Source of the DNA: a bacterium | GTDB taxonomy: Bacteria; UBA8248 | Direction of reading: 5' to 3' | DNA length: 64,000 nt | Assembly: GCA_965213685.1 (NCBI GenBank) | Contig: CBDBZY010000041.1 | Location: 416,001-480,000, forward strand | In this document: positions 11,326 through 22,786 of the stretch, piece after piece | Layout: every line of letters begins with the position of its first letter | How positions within the stretch are numbered: the first letter of the stretch is position 1 | Notes under the pieces: generated by a model | Databases searched by the model: none | What the model was told of the DNA's origin: nothing | What the model saw: the letters and a program-made list of their open reading frames with translations, nothing else | Position numbers and translations under genes: made by a program

Positions 11326-13785
11326 TCACTGTTGGCTGCGTTCGGTGAACTCATTTGCTAGATACTTCCTTGGGGATTTCCTCGGAGACTTCCTCATTGG
11401 GACTACAACAGAACAACTACGTTTCCTACTCTCCAGGGAATTCCTATCCAATGAAGTGAGAAACAATTAAGCACTAGTGTTTCATGTGTAACAACATGTA
11501 TGCTACTCTTCCAACATAAGCCGCAAGCATATAATATATGCTGTTATTGGGTCTTCACAAGTTAAAGGCCAAGATAAATACACCAATGCACGTACATTGT
11601 GATGTCCTCTTCCTCTATTGCAGCCTTGAATTGCATCAATGACACCCCAAACTTCATGAGTTTTTCTGCCAGCTTTGCTGCCTCTTCTGGGTTTGATGGT
11701 AGCTCAGCTTTCTTTAACTCGTAGAGCTATACCAATGTTACATTAAAAAAATAAATAGACACACATGCATACATGTATATGCAAGTTGAAACACATTATC
11801 TCTTACGCACCATGTTAGTTCCACGCTGGGGTTTTCTCTCGATAACTTGCCCCAACTCTGCAGCCTGGAGGGCATAGAAGCCTTGCACTGCACCTTCTTT
11901 ATTGCCACGATCTCTAAATTTTTTCATTGCTAGTAGTGCATTGAGGTACAGAACCTTGCCTGGCAGAAGCAGTGAGTAGGCAGCATTAGCATGTGCCCAT
12001 CCTCCCATACGATCAGATATCTGTCCTTTGCCTGTGCAAATTTTATAAATATCTTTATAGATTGTTAATAATACACACTTGATACGCTGCATCATACAAG
12101 GCATAGGAATACTGTAGCATATGACATTGATCAGGAAGGCTGACAACCCATGTTGGTAGTATGTGTGTAGTGATAAGTGTACAGACCTGTTATGTCTACA
12201 TATGACTGTACATGTAAGTAGAGTACAAGATTTTGTGTCCTATTGTACGTCTCTTTGCTACGTTTAAGCCTCCTTGCTCAATGCTTTTAGTCATTTGTTA
12301 TTAGCTCTACATAAGGACAGTATACCTACACATGTAACTAACCTGGCTTCAATGCTTGGATTGCCTCACGTATATCACCTCTTCCTGCCAAATATGCTGC
12401 ATGCTGCAAGCAAAGGTCAACAAAGTTGACAGCAGCTGTAATGGCCTCTTCAGAAACGTGGTCTGGCACTTTGAGAGGGGTGTCACAGTGAAACAGAACA
12501 TGAAGGGCTGCAGCCACACGAAGAACTTGTCCCTTACTCTTGCTCAACATTCCTAGTGATATAAGAGTGGTTAATCCAATAACACCTCAGAAGTAATTGA
12601 TATAGGGGATTGAATATTATAATTCCACACCATGTGAATTTATGAGTGCATGTTTCAACTAGCTGAAGTACTCAGATACTCCCAGAATCTTAGAAGTTAT
12701 GTATTAGTAGTATCCTAACTTGCACTAGGCTTGTGGGAGAAGATGACAGCATGATGTAGGCAGGCCATGACCAGGAGTGCTTCTTAAATAGAGTAATGTG
12801 TCAGCCAATGTTTACTAGAAACACTAAGGGTGCAAAGTGTTAAATGATACTTCTTGGGTGTGAATAACACCTTACCAGATAAAAGGTCATCCATGCATGA
12901 AACCTGTTGGATTTGCTCTTGGATCATGTCAAACTTGTCCCTGAATGTTGTGATGGACCGAGACAGCTTCCAAGCCCTTATTTCCTTGCCATTGGTCCAC
13001 AAGGATGCCATTAAGCCAACTGTACAAAGAAAAATACACTGGCTATAAAATCTCATGTTCTGGCCAAGAGGTGTGTATTGGTGTATGCACTTTCCATGGC
13101 CACTACTGTACCAACATGTATACTATGGTTTTAACACAGAGCTGATGGTTGAAACTCACTAATAGAAACTGAAAAATCCTTATCAACTCTCTGAAGATCA
13201 TCAAATCGTACAATGTTGGGTTTTGGAATACACCACAAAAACCGTTGACTGAAGCCTTTCTCGGCATTTGTAGGCAACTCCATCAAAGTGCGAGCAACTG
13301 CAGGTTGTGTAAATCCTCCAACAGTGAGGCCAGTATACTTCATTTCGAAGTTAGCATCACCAGACACTACAAGGTAACAGATCATGTAAACCCTTTCATG
13401 CTAAGGTGTATGAAAGGGTAGCCCACCTGTTTTTCTAACCCACTGACTTCCACCATAAAGTTGGAGAAGAAGTGCTAACTCATGGGAGTCAGAAAATCCC
13501 CGTCCACGAAACACATTGATTTGTGAGAGAAACATAGGTAGTTCATCGTAGAGACCCAATAGCTTCCAGTTGTTGTCATTCATAAGGGCACCCATCTTCT
13601 CAAAGGACTGATCGTCCAAAAACCAAGATGGCTGGTTCTCCTCAAGGCCACTGTTGGATCTGGCATCCTCAACAAGCTTGCGTAAATACTTGCACAAGGA
13701 CGATTTTCCGCTTCCAGTGGGCATGCACACAGAGATCCACAGGAGGACTGGCTCAATCCAGTCTGTACCTTCCACAGACTGGATT
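11326..13785 (-). CDS. Multi-exon DUF3987-like P-loop NTPase, N-terminus missing
   Basis: WIEPVLLWISVCMPTGSGKS (Walker A), LLGLYDEL (Walker B-like), GGFTQP, GFSQRFLW, SKSKGQVLRVAAALH. Exons about 13785-13427, 13366-13160, 13019-12876, 12553-12343, 12031-11797, 11727-11594 and 11445-11326; distal boundaries approximate. Confidence 0.7.
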
Positions 13786-14386
13786 GGGAGCTGGTTCATC
13801 ATCAGCTGTTTTGCTGGCTAGGGTGTGCACAGTTTGTCCACAACTACTGTGAGAAATATCATGCACCTCACGAACAATTCCTGCTTCATACTCTTCAATT
13901 AGTTGGTGAGGTAGCGATGACTCTGGCTCCCACATGGCAGTTGTTCTGTCCTTTCCAAGCCAAACAACCTGCATGTAAAGTTGAACATGTTTCATGGACT
14001 ATGAGTTATGTACCTAGGTGACAAATGCACCAAAATGGAAGTAGATTGTTATGTAATAGGACACAGGAATCTTGTGGTCAGTTTACATAGCAAGAGTGCT
14101 TCATTAATGTTCCAACACTTTACATTCTGAACACCTGGCCTAGCATATCAAATTTCAGTACATATTTGAATGAGTTAGGAAGAATAGTTTACATGGACTT
14201 CCATTGTAGTGAAGGATACTAGAAGCATAGGGTAGAAAGTATAAGAGAGCAATAATTTATTAGTACAGCTGTGTGTATATGCTTAATATGAGGGCTCTTT
14301 AATTAGGATATACATGTACAAGTACATATGTGTTAATCTACACCTACACATTAGTTTGGCAAGAGGGCATAACAAGAGAGCCTTAA

Positions 14387-16422
14387 AGGGGGGGGGGGGA
14401 CATGCCCAGTATCCAAAAAAATTTTATTGCATAATTGTAATTTCATGAATATTTAGATAATTTTAGTGATTTTTAAATATTTTTTACTCGCAACGTTAAC
14501 CGGAAAAACACGTTTCTATTCCGTTGCGGTTTCAGCCTACTTAAAATTCATAAATCTTCTTCCTGTATGGGTGTGGTCACGTGTGACGTCACAGAGGGGA
14601 GAGTATCGCTGGTCTAGCCAGTCAGCGTACGTGGTTACAGCCGTGGATCGTGCTCCTAGTAGCCGTTCTAGCGATGCTAGTAGCATCTTAATCTTCTACT
14701 ATTCTTAGTATTTCTTGCAAGGGACCAAGGAAAGCAACGGTGCGTCCGAGTACCGCGATTTAGACTGAGGAAGTGTGGTTGTCCGCGGTACCTTGACTGG
14801 AGGATACGACTCGTTTCCGCGCACAAAGGGACGACTCAAGCGAACCAAGACCAGAACAGACTCAGTTACAGCGAGTGATGAGGCGGTGCTACATATGAAA
14901 GACGTTTCCATGTAGCTATAGCTTGGAGCTAGTGAAATGAGTCAGTGCAGTGGCAATTGACTCTGAGTGTACATGCAGGCTGAGCCCTGACAGCGGACGA
15001 AGTGCTGGAGCTTGGCTATCATGACCACCAAGCACATTGCCAGGGCATGAAAGATTTGTTTAAATATCTGGGTTCTCCAAGCTGCCTACTGCTCTTACAA
15101 ACAGCACCATGGTAGTCGGACTTCAGGGAACATGAGTAACAGTCACATGTGCATTTGTCTTGTTTGCATGTTTCATCTGTCAGCTTTTTCAAGCAGTATA
15201 AATATATCGCTGGTCAGTGCTGGAGGTGACTTGGAAGGAATGTGAGCCGTTACCCAACTGTGTTGTTGTTATGTGGTGGTCAGAAAACATTTCCATCGAA
15301 ACGATGTACCCAATTCATTGAATGATACAAAAGATGTACCAAAATCGTTTAATTATAGATGTAAGAGCTGTATCATGTGCCCATACACATACAGATAAGC
15401 TATAGTTAATGTATACTTCACTTGTATAACAGTCATCACATCATGCTAATGAAGTCATACTATTACATGTAAATGCTCATAGCAGCAATACAGTGCTTGT
15501 GATACAGAATATGGTGTTGACGTCACCTCACAGCTCACAGCTAAAGCTACCTCTGCAGGTGAAACTCAGCATCTTTAGTTATATACCAAGCACATGAGCC
15601 ATTGATCTCAGCAACACATACATGTATATAGGTATTGCTTGTACTAGAGCATTCCTTTTGCTTTGACCCTCCACACAACAGACTCACGGGCATCACTTGC
15701 TGGGATTGTCCTTAACGGACCTAGTCTCAGCCAAGACCGCTCTCTCCTTTTGTATGCCTGTCTTGGTTCTTTACCAGCCTCGTATCACCGTTTGTAGTTG
15801 CTTCAGAGCTTGTGGTAACTCTACCTCCACCGCTACCGCTAACCCAGCTGAAGCGGAATAACAACTCGGGTGCAGCTTGCCACTCGGACTCCAAATACGG
15901 CGGAAAATGTACCAGGCCTGCTTGGTCGGTCCTACAGTTGCTTCAGTGGTTGACTCGAGCTCAAAACGTTCTTCGGTGAAGTGCGTTTCTATACAGAACG
16001 CTCCAATGTCGCGAGTTCTCTGAACGTGTCTGGCCCACCGCTGTGTCAGAACTACAAGGCTAGGAATCTTGAAGAAGCTGATACTACCATTTCTAGTGTT
16101 AGTATATATAGCTGCAACGCACAACTTCACCGTTTCTGATACTTCGTGGCCAACTAGCGCGATTCTGTGTGTACACGAACGCACGTTGAACTCGATCTCT
16201 CTCCCCTCTCTGACGTCACGTGTAACCACGCCCAGACCGGAAGAATTTTAGGGAATGTTGGGAATGTTGAAATTACTTCAATTATCGCACGTTTTCTAGG
16301 CTCGTTTTCCAGGTAATGCTGGAACTAAAAAATTTAGAAAAATATTTTTAATTATCTACACTGCATGGGTATCACAAAAATGTACAAAGTGACATAGTGA
16401 TTTTGGGCATGTCCCCCCCCCT
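14387..16422 (-). mobile_element. Non-autonomous Kolobok-like DNA transposon (2036 bp) in an intron
   Basis: TTAA TSD (14383-14386, 16423-16426); AG...CT termini with TIR AG(n)ACATGCCCA; subterminal inverted blocks at about 14545-14603 and 16198-16250; internal THAP remnant. Confidence 0.85.
15958..16130 (-). pseudogene. Degenerate THAP zinc-finger remnant
   Basis: VKLCVAA...SISFFKIPS...QRWARHVQRTR...C.ETHFTEERFE fits the THAP C..C/FP/W/C..HF pattern. Confidence 0.7.
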
Positions 16423-18084
16423 TTAATAAAGTGAGTCTGCTATCACCATCCAACAGAGGGCAGCTACATACAAGCACATGATAAAATTAATGATGCCTAT
16501 AGTACCTGATAATGAGTCTGGGTTCTTGTTAGTCGCTTGCTAGGTATCAGTCCAACCTGATTTGGTGCCATATGTTGATCTGATGTTTCTGAAGTGGCTT
16601 GGGTGGCTGTTGGCTTATGCAAACCACAGTATCTAGACTTGAAATCAGGTGTGTTGCTGCAGCCAGTTGTAACTCTACCAGGAAGACCCAGGTACTCTAC
16701 AAATCCTGCTTCCATAGCAAAACACACATCACGGTGGTTTTTCATGTTTCCATCTATTACAAGAGTTTCTCCACAGCCTCTAGCCCTGCAGCGATGTCCT
16801 GTTATGATACACAAGGTAAATACGTTGGGGGTGGGGGGGACACATTTAGCATAAACAATAACTGTGCTATGCATATTATATACATACTATCCACCCAAAC
16901 TTACTACACATGCAACTAAAATGTGCATGCATGTGTATCCATATCCTAGTATAGTGACATCTCACCAGAGTTTTTCTTCATGAAAGCCTCATAAAATGTG
17001 CTACCAATTTGCAGCAGCGTGTCATTGACAGCTCCATGAAGAGGAAGGTCAGACAACTTCAAGTCATACCAGGCAGTAACTCTTAAGATGGCATACTGAA
17101 AATGGGCATCTTCAAGCCTTCATCTGTCCATAAGGCGGCGTTGGTTCAAGGAGCTGAAAGGTATGCTGCAAGTACATAATTATACCACATAAATAATTTG
17201 TTTTTAAACACTGCATGCACTGCACATGAATGGGGACACACCTGTGAAAAAAATGGTCGTTGGAACTGCTGTTGTGGACATGGTTGTATATATCAGTTCG
17301 CTGCTTGTAACTAAGTTGCCCTATTACTACCTCTGCATCAAGGCGCTTCAACATGTCCATTGAAAAGGCTGTTTCTTTGGAAGATACAAAATAGGGAAGG
17401 GAATTCCAGTCACTGTTGTAAATTACAGCACAAGATTGGGGTCCACCTTTGGTGTAGTAACCATAGTACTGAAAGAAGGGACATATCCTACGAGAACAGT
17501 ACTTGTGGAAATGGGAGGCTGGTAAAGTTCCACGTAAATCATCATACACAACAACTCGCACTGGTCTGTCTTTCCTAACTAAAAGTTTGCTGCCACAGAG
17601 AATGCAGGTACTGTTGTCACTTATGAGTGGAAGTCCCAATGGTTTGGCTGCAGGTAACTCCAGTTGAAGTACTTGCTTAAAAAGTACTTCATCAGTGGCA
17701 AAGGCAGATGAATTCAGTGTTTGGATATTTTCTGCTAAGGCTTTAGCTTGCTCAGGTGTTAGTGAAGATTCACTCTTCCCATCTGTTGCAAACTGCACAA
17801 CAAGACTCCAAAACTCTGGCAAATGCGGTGATAGAAAAACTGCTGCAAAAAGGATCTTTCTAAGGATGGATGCATCCTTTATATACTTTGCAATAAGCTC
17901 CAACATCTCCTGACTCTGATCTAGCTACACTCAGCAACACACCATGTGCTTTCACACCTTTCTGAGCATGCTCACATGCAAGTTGCAGCACATGGACTTC
18001 TCATGCTATGTGGTTTTACACCCTTCTGAGCATGCTCAGATGTGAGCTGTAGCACATGGTATTTGCTTGAGTGTGAAAGAAATG

Positions 18085-18463
18085 GCAGCCATATCACCAT
18101 GTCACCGTCGCCACCCAGCCACTGCTGTTGACAATATAGATGCGTGTGTGCACCCAGCATTGAACTGTATGCTTTATCCATTTCATGTGGTCCCGGTAGT
18201 ATAATAGGTAGGGCATCAGGCGGTGAAGAAAGTATGACCAACAAGCCACTGGTTTTGGAGATTACCTCACACAAAGTATATGCATATTATGTCACCATCA
18301 CCACCAGCCACTGCTGTTGACAATATACATGCGTGTGTGCACCTAGTATTCAACTGTATGTTAACCATTTCACGTGGTCCCGGTAGTGTAACAGGTAGGG
18401 CATCAGGCGGTGAAGAAAGTATGACCAACAAGCCACTAGTTTTGGAGATTACCTCACACAAAG
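18085..18463. repeat. ~190-bp tandem duplication upstream of the CxC5-like exon
   Basis: Two near-identical copies each ending GATTACCTCACACAAAG. Confidence 0.9.
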
Positions 18464-19324
18464 CATGTCACTTCACAATCCCCCAAAAGCATCTACTATT
18501 GACCATAAAACGTCTCATAACAAGGTACCAGAAAACTTTGAACGTTGTCCCAGTAGTGGACACAGGATAACGTTTTTTCATAGTTTCTAAACCATCCTGG
18601 TACAGAGATAATCTCACACAAACACCAGAACAGCTACTTCATAGAACATTCAAGCGCGAAAACGCAGCTGTCATGAGCTTCTATACAGACAGCGTACATA
18701 CACGACACTCACAGAGTCCCACGTAATCCAAGAGAGGACTTGAAATACGCAGAGCCGTCCTAAGAGGCTAGTTCAACGCGCTTTTGTACACATAAGTCGT
18801 GCACGTCCATCTTTCGCAACCGATGCAAGGAGTGTTTCAAGGATTTCCGTAAGTTGTCCGTGTACGCGTGCCGTTTCTAATCCACGTAGTCTACAATATC
18901 TATGGTGCAAGCGTGCATGGGCATGCGTTTGGGACCTTTGTCCGGATAATCATGATGTCCGTGTTTCAGGAGTCCAGCATAAGGGGTTCGACTGTACTAC
19001 TAGTGGAATGCTGGGCGAGCGGGAGCGAACCAGCTACAATCATAATTAAATGCTTATCTATTTTGATACATTTTAGTTTATGTACTATATACATGTAATG
19101 AAGATCTTATGAAAGTAGCACCATTTGCAAGATTAGCCAAAGTGTACAACCCTCAGACTGGCCTCTTGGAGACAAAGTTAATGTCCATGGTTACGGAGGA
19201 ATTGCCTGTTTAGCTATGACCTTTTCAGCGCGAAGGTGTGAAGGAATTTTAAATGACCATAAACGACGGTAACGGAAGTCCCCGCCCCTTGGTGGGCCAT
19301 GGTGTAGAAGTGAGCGCTTTTGTT

Positions 19325-19595
19325 CCAGGTTCTGTAAGGCCCTATCTCCTGTAGTGAAGGACCTATACTTAGACATGTTGTCAATGATGAACCAGGAGGA
19401 AGGAGACATCCCATACCTGTACGACTGCAGATTTGTAGACGACCTAAAGATCTAAGCCGCGCCTCCCATCGACCATGCAGGATGGATGGCTTACTTTATA
19501 AAACACCCTGGTGTATACATTCAGCAGCAAATTCAGTGGAAAAGCCTAGAAGCCTACAGCTATTTCAGAAGCGGACATGCGTAGGATGTGGATTC
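19325..19595 (+). pseudogene. Remnant of a SWIM/YqaJ-type transposon accessory ORF (Kolobok ORF2-like); continues at 27587-27680
   Basis: KDLYLDML...IPY...QWKSLEAYSYFRSGH, and beyond the 8-kb insertion SQSSPDNAHHTWIGITSYEQIVTA. Confidence 0.65.
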
Positions 19596-19782
19596 CAGTG
19601 CTCTCAACCTCTCAATAACAATAGGAGGGAGATCAAACTTTTAAATGAGTGAGATTAGGAACAAAATGAGTGAGATAACCAACATTAATAGGGTTTGGAG
19701 ATAATCTATTGATGTAATTGTTTTTTGCTACTGTTAGCTCTATAGTACGTGGTCACGTGGACGTTGGAAGCAAAATTAGTTA

Positions 19783-19816
<34 letters not shown>

Positions 19817-19873
19817 CACACACCACTAAAGGTGAAAACGTAGAACAGAAAAGAATAGAAAGGAAAGACAAAG

Positions 19874-22786
19874 TTAAGCACATGATATAATGTATATAAT
19901 ATCATCGAACGGAGAAAATCGACCAAAAGCAATTCTGTAACGTCGAATGACTTCAGCACACAGCATATCCTCAGAAGAATACATTTTTATGTGTCGATGA
20001 CCAGAAATAAAGTTATAACCAGCGAAAGAATATGCACACTGAGATGCTTCTTTGAAGACGTACTTAACAAGAGGTGAGAGAGATGTTACAGCACGAGAAA
20101 GCATAGAATGAAACCTCATATACAACATATTAGACACTGACTGAATGTTACTAACACAGTGTACAATTCTTGTGTGAGAGTGTGGTGGTAGGTTCCATAT
20201 TCTCCTAAACATTTTGTTCAATGAACATTCAATGATACGCAAATTCTTGCAAGACAAATACCATAGTGTGCTACCATACATAGACAAACAAAATTGCTTG
20301 ACAAGAAAATTCTTTACGGAGAGATCTGCAAATGGAAATACACACTGAACAAAGTTAGCTTTCCGAGTCATATCTTTCGTTGCCCTTATAATATCAGATG
20401 TGTCATCCAAATTGTAAGACAGCACATGCCCGAGATGAGTGATTGTGTCCATGAAGTCCAGAGCAATACCACCAAAGTTAATGCAATCTTTACATGAGGA
20501 TGAAGAGGACAAACCAAATCTGATCAATTGAGTCTTTTCTGCATTGAACTTGAGGCCATGAGATTGTGCGAACTCCTCACAAGTTGTTAGCATAATTCGT
20601 AAAGCAGATGGACACGGAGCTAGCAGGGCTATGTCATCTGCATAACACACTGCACCAACAAAGTGAGCCCCCCAATAACATCCAACACCAATTCGAGACA
20701 GCTTCTGCAATAATCCATCCAAATACACAGCAAACAACACAGGAGACAACACACTACCTTGACGAACACCATTAGAAACAGAAAACGAATGAGACACACA
20801 AGAATTCCAGCGAACACACATTTGTTGACTACTATACCAACTTAGAAGAAAATGGAGAATAGGAGTTGGGAGACCACGAGAATGAAGAATATCAAATAGA
20901 ATGCCATGATCCACCAAATCAAATGCTTTGCTTGCATCTAAAAAACAGCCATAAACCTTAGAACCTTTACGTATATACCTAGAAACAATATTCTTTATGA
21001 GTCCTGTGCAAAGAGTTGTTGAATGACCTTTCTTGAAGCCAAATTGCAAAGCACTACTTGTAAAGTAGGATTCATATCTGGAGAGTATTATTCTTTCCAG
21101 GACTTTACTCAAGAGAGATGCAATTGCAATTGCTCTGTAGTTTTTACTGCTAGAATGATCTTTGTTATTTTTTGGTATGGGGACCAACGTACAATCTCGA
21201 ATACACTTGGGCATGTATCCATGACGAAGAACAGCTGTGAAAAAAGCAGACAGAGGACCAGCAATGGGGAGTGCAGAGAACCTTAAATGCTCAGCAGATA
21301 GCTGTGCAGAATCCACCTTGTTAGGCTTGATTAGATGGATTGCATTCAGTACATCATCAATGGAGACATGAACAGTTGAAAGATGATCAAGAGATAAAGA
21401 GATATTTGAAGCTTGAAGCAAAGTGTGCCGTAAAGAGGAACTGTGTGTATTGAGAAGGCCCTGCAACTTAGAAGCCCACAAGTTTGCAATGTCATTACCA
21501 TCAGAAACACCATCAACAACTGGAGCACATCTGGAATTTCTGGGTTTTGTCAATTTATTGACTAGTGACCAAAAGTCTTGAGGGTTTTTTCGACAGTAAG
21601 ACTTAGCTAACTTATCCCGTAACAAATACATCTGTTGCCTTTTGACTTTACGGGCTGCAAATTTATACCTCTTTTTTGCCTTCTTCTTTATATCAAAGAG
21701 AACGCCCGATTTAGGGCATCCAGCTTCCAACCAAACATGATACCAGAAATTGGTTTCATGCCTCAACTTCCTCGGCCCATCATTCCAGCCCACCAGCCCT
21801 CTGTGCTTTGACTTCATGTGAGAAGGAATGCAGGATGCTGCACATTTCAAAAGGCATGTGACAAGCATATCAGCAAAGCGATCAATACAACTAAGATGTG
21901 ACAAGCAATTAGGCGAACAACAAGAAGCAACATCAGGAGGAAACGGTGGAAGTGACTGAGCAACTAGCTTAGAGTAATTATCAAGATCTTCTTTAGATGC
22001 TTTGTCCCAGTCCAGACTAGGAGAGGAAGAAAACGAATGAGAAGTGGTATCTATCAAAGAGCAATCGACGTTAAGAGTAAATGCAATTGGATGATGGTCA
22101 GAAAGATTAGAACCCAGAAGCACACTTGTAACATGTGACACTATATTTGAGTTATGAATAGAACACAGAACATGATCAACCCAAGATGTTACAAGCCCAT
22201 CATCTCGCTCGTAAGTAAATTGAATAGCGTCTGGAAAGGAAAGATCTCGTGCACAGAGATCCCACTCATCCATAAAATCCAAAAGCAACTGAGTTAAACT
22301 GCCACCCCGAGAAAAATCCACATTAAAATCACCAACAAGTAAATTCACATCACACTTATGAAACTCCAAGAAGCCCTCCAACTCACCAATTGTACTTAGG
22401 TACTCATCAAAGCAAAATGAATGCGACTGAGCAGGCATATACACACAAACCACAAGGACAGAAACACCACAGGAATCATGCAATTTGACAGCACAAAAAC
22501 GATTAGAATTACATAAAAGTGGTGTAATGGAAGAAAACAAAGATCGCCGATACAAAATGGCACAGCCCCCATATGGCCGTCCACACAACAACACACTACC
22601 ATCAATACCACTAACCGAGACACTGTGAAAATCAGGGTGAAACTCATTCAGCAGATACAGCTGATCAGGTAGCAACCAATGTTCCTGAATGAAACATATA
22701 TCAAGAGAACCAATCAAGTCCCAAAGAGTTTGTTTACCACTATTCCAACCTCTACAATTATAAGTAAGGCACTGTAGCGGGGCCAT
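19874..22786 (-). CDS. LINE ORF2: apurinic endonuclease plus reverse transcriptase (970 aa)
   Basis: TYNCRG, QEHWL, GDFN, DHV, SDH; FLDASKAFD, GVRQGSVLSP, YADD, HLG. Confidence 0.96.
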   Translation of the reverse strand: MAPLQCLTYNCRGWNSGKQTLWDLIGSLDICFIQEHWLLPDQLYLLNEFHPDFHSVSVSGIDGSVLLCGRPYGGCAILYRRSLFSSITPLLCNSNRFCAVKLHDSCGVSVLVVCVYMPAQSHSFCFDEYLSTIGELEGFLEFHKCDVNLLVGDFNVDFSRGGSLTQLLLDFMDEWDLCARDLSFPDAIQFTYERDDGLVTSWVDHVLCSIHNSNIVSHVTSVLLGSNLSDHHPIAFTLNVDCSLIDTTSHSFSSSPSLDWDKASKEDLDNYSKLVAQSLPPFPPDVASCCSPNCLSHLSCIDRFADMLVTCLLKCAASCIPSHMKSKHRGLVGWNDGPRKLRHETNFWYHVWLEAGCPKSGVLFDIKKKAKKRYKFAARKVKRQQMYLLRDKLAKSYCRKNPQDFWSLVNKLTKPRNSRCAPVVDGVSDGNDIANLWASKLQGLLNTHSSSLRHTLLQASNISLSLDHLSTVHVSIDDVLNAIHLIKPNKVDSAQLSAEHLRFSALPIAGPLSAFFTAVLRHGYMPKCIRDCTLVPIPKNNKDHSSSKNYRAIAIASLLSKVLERIILSRYESYFTSSALQFGFKKGHSTTLCTGLIKNIVSRYIRKGSKVYGCFLDASKAFDLVDHGILFDILHSRGLPTPILHFLLSWYSSQQMCVRWNSCVSHSFSVSNGVRQGSVLSPVLFAVYLDGLLQKLSRIGVGCYWGAHFVGAVCYADDIALLAPCPSALRIMLTTCEEFAQSHGLKFNAEKTQLIRFGLSSSSSCKDCINFGGIALDFMDTITHLGHVLSYNLDDTSDIIRATKDMTRKANFVQCVFPFADLSVKNFLVKQFCLSMYGSTLWYLSCKNLRIIECSLNKMFRRIWNLPPHSHTRIVHCVSNIQSVSNMLYMRFHSMLSRAVTSLSPLVKYVFKEASQCAYSFAGYNFISGHRHIKMYSSEDMLCAEVIRRYRIAFGRFSPFDDIIYIISCA

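Larger units (their letters stand above)
13753..17906 (-). pseudogene. KDZ/Zisupton-type transposase gene, 5' part (CxC5-like, CxC6-like, chromo-like)
   Basis: Exons 17906-17242, 17153-16966, 16798-16506 and 13968 to about 13780: CILCGSKL...HFHKYC..C....YYGYY, ETAFS..ML, DR*RLEDAHF (in-frame TGA at 17120-17122), HRCRARGC...VIDGNMKNHRDVC...GC...P...SRYC..H, then YQ|VVWLGKDRTTAMWEPESSLP. The rest of the catalytic region was not seen. Confidence 0.7.
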
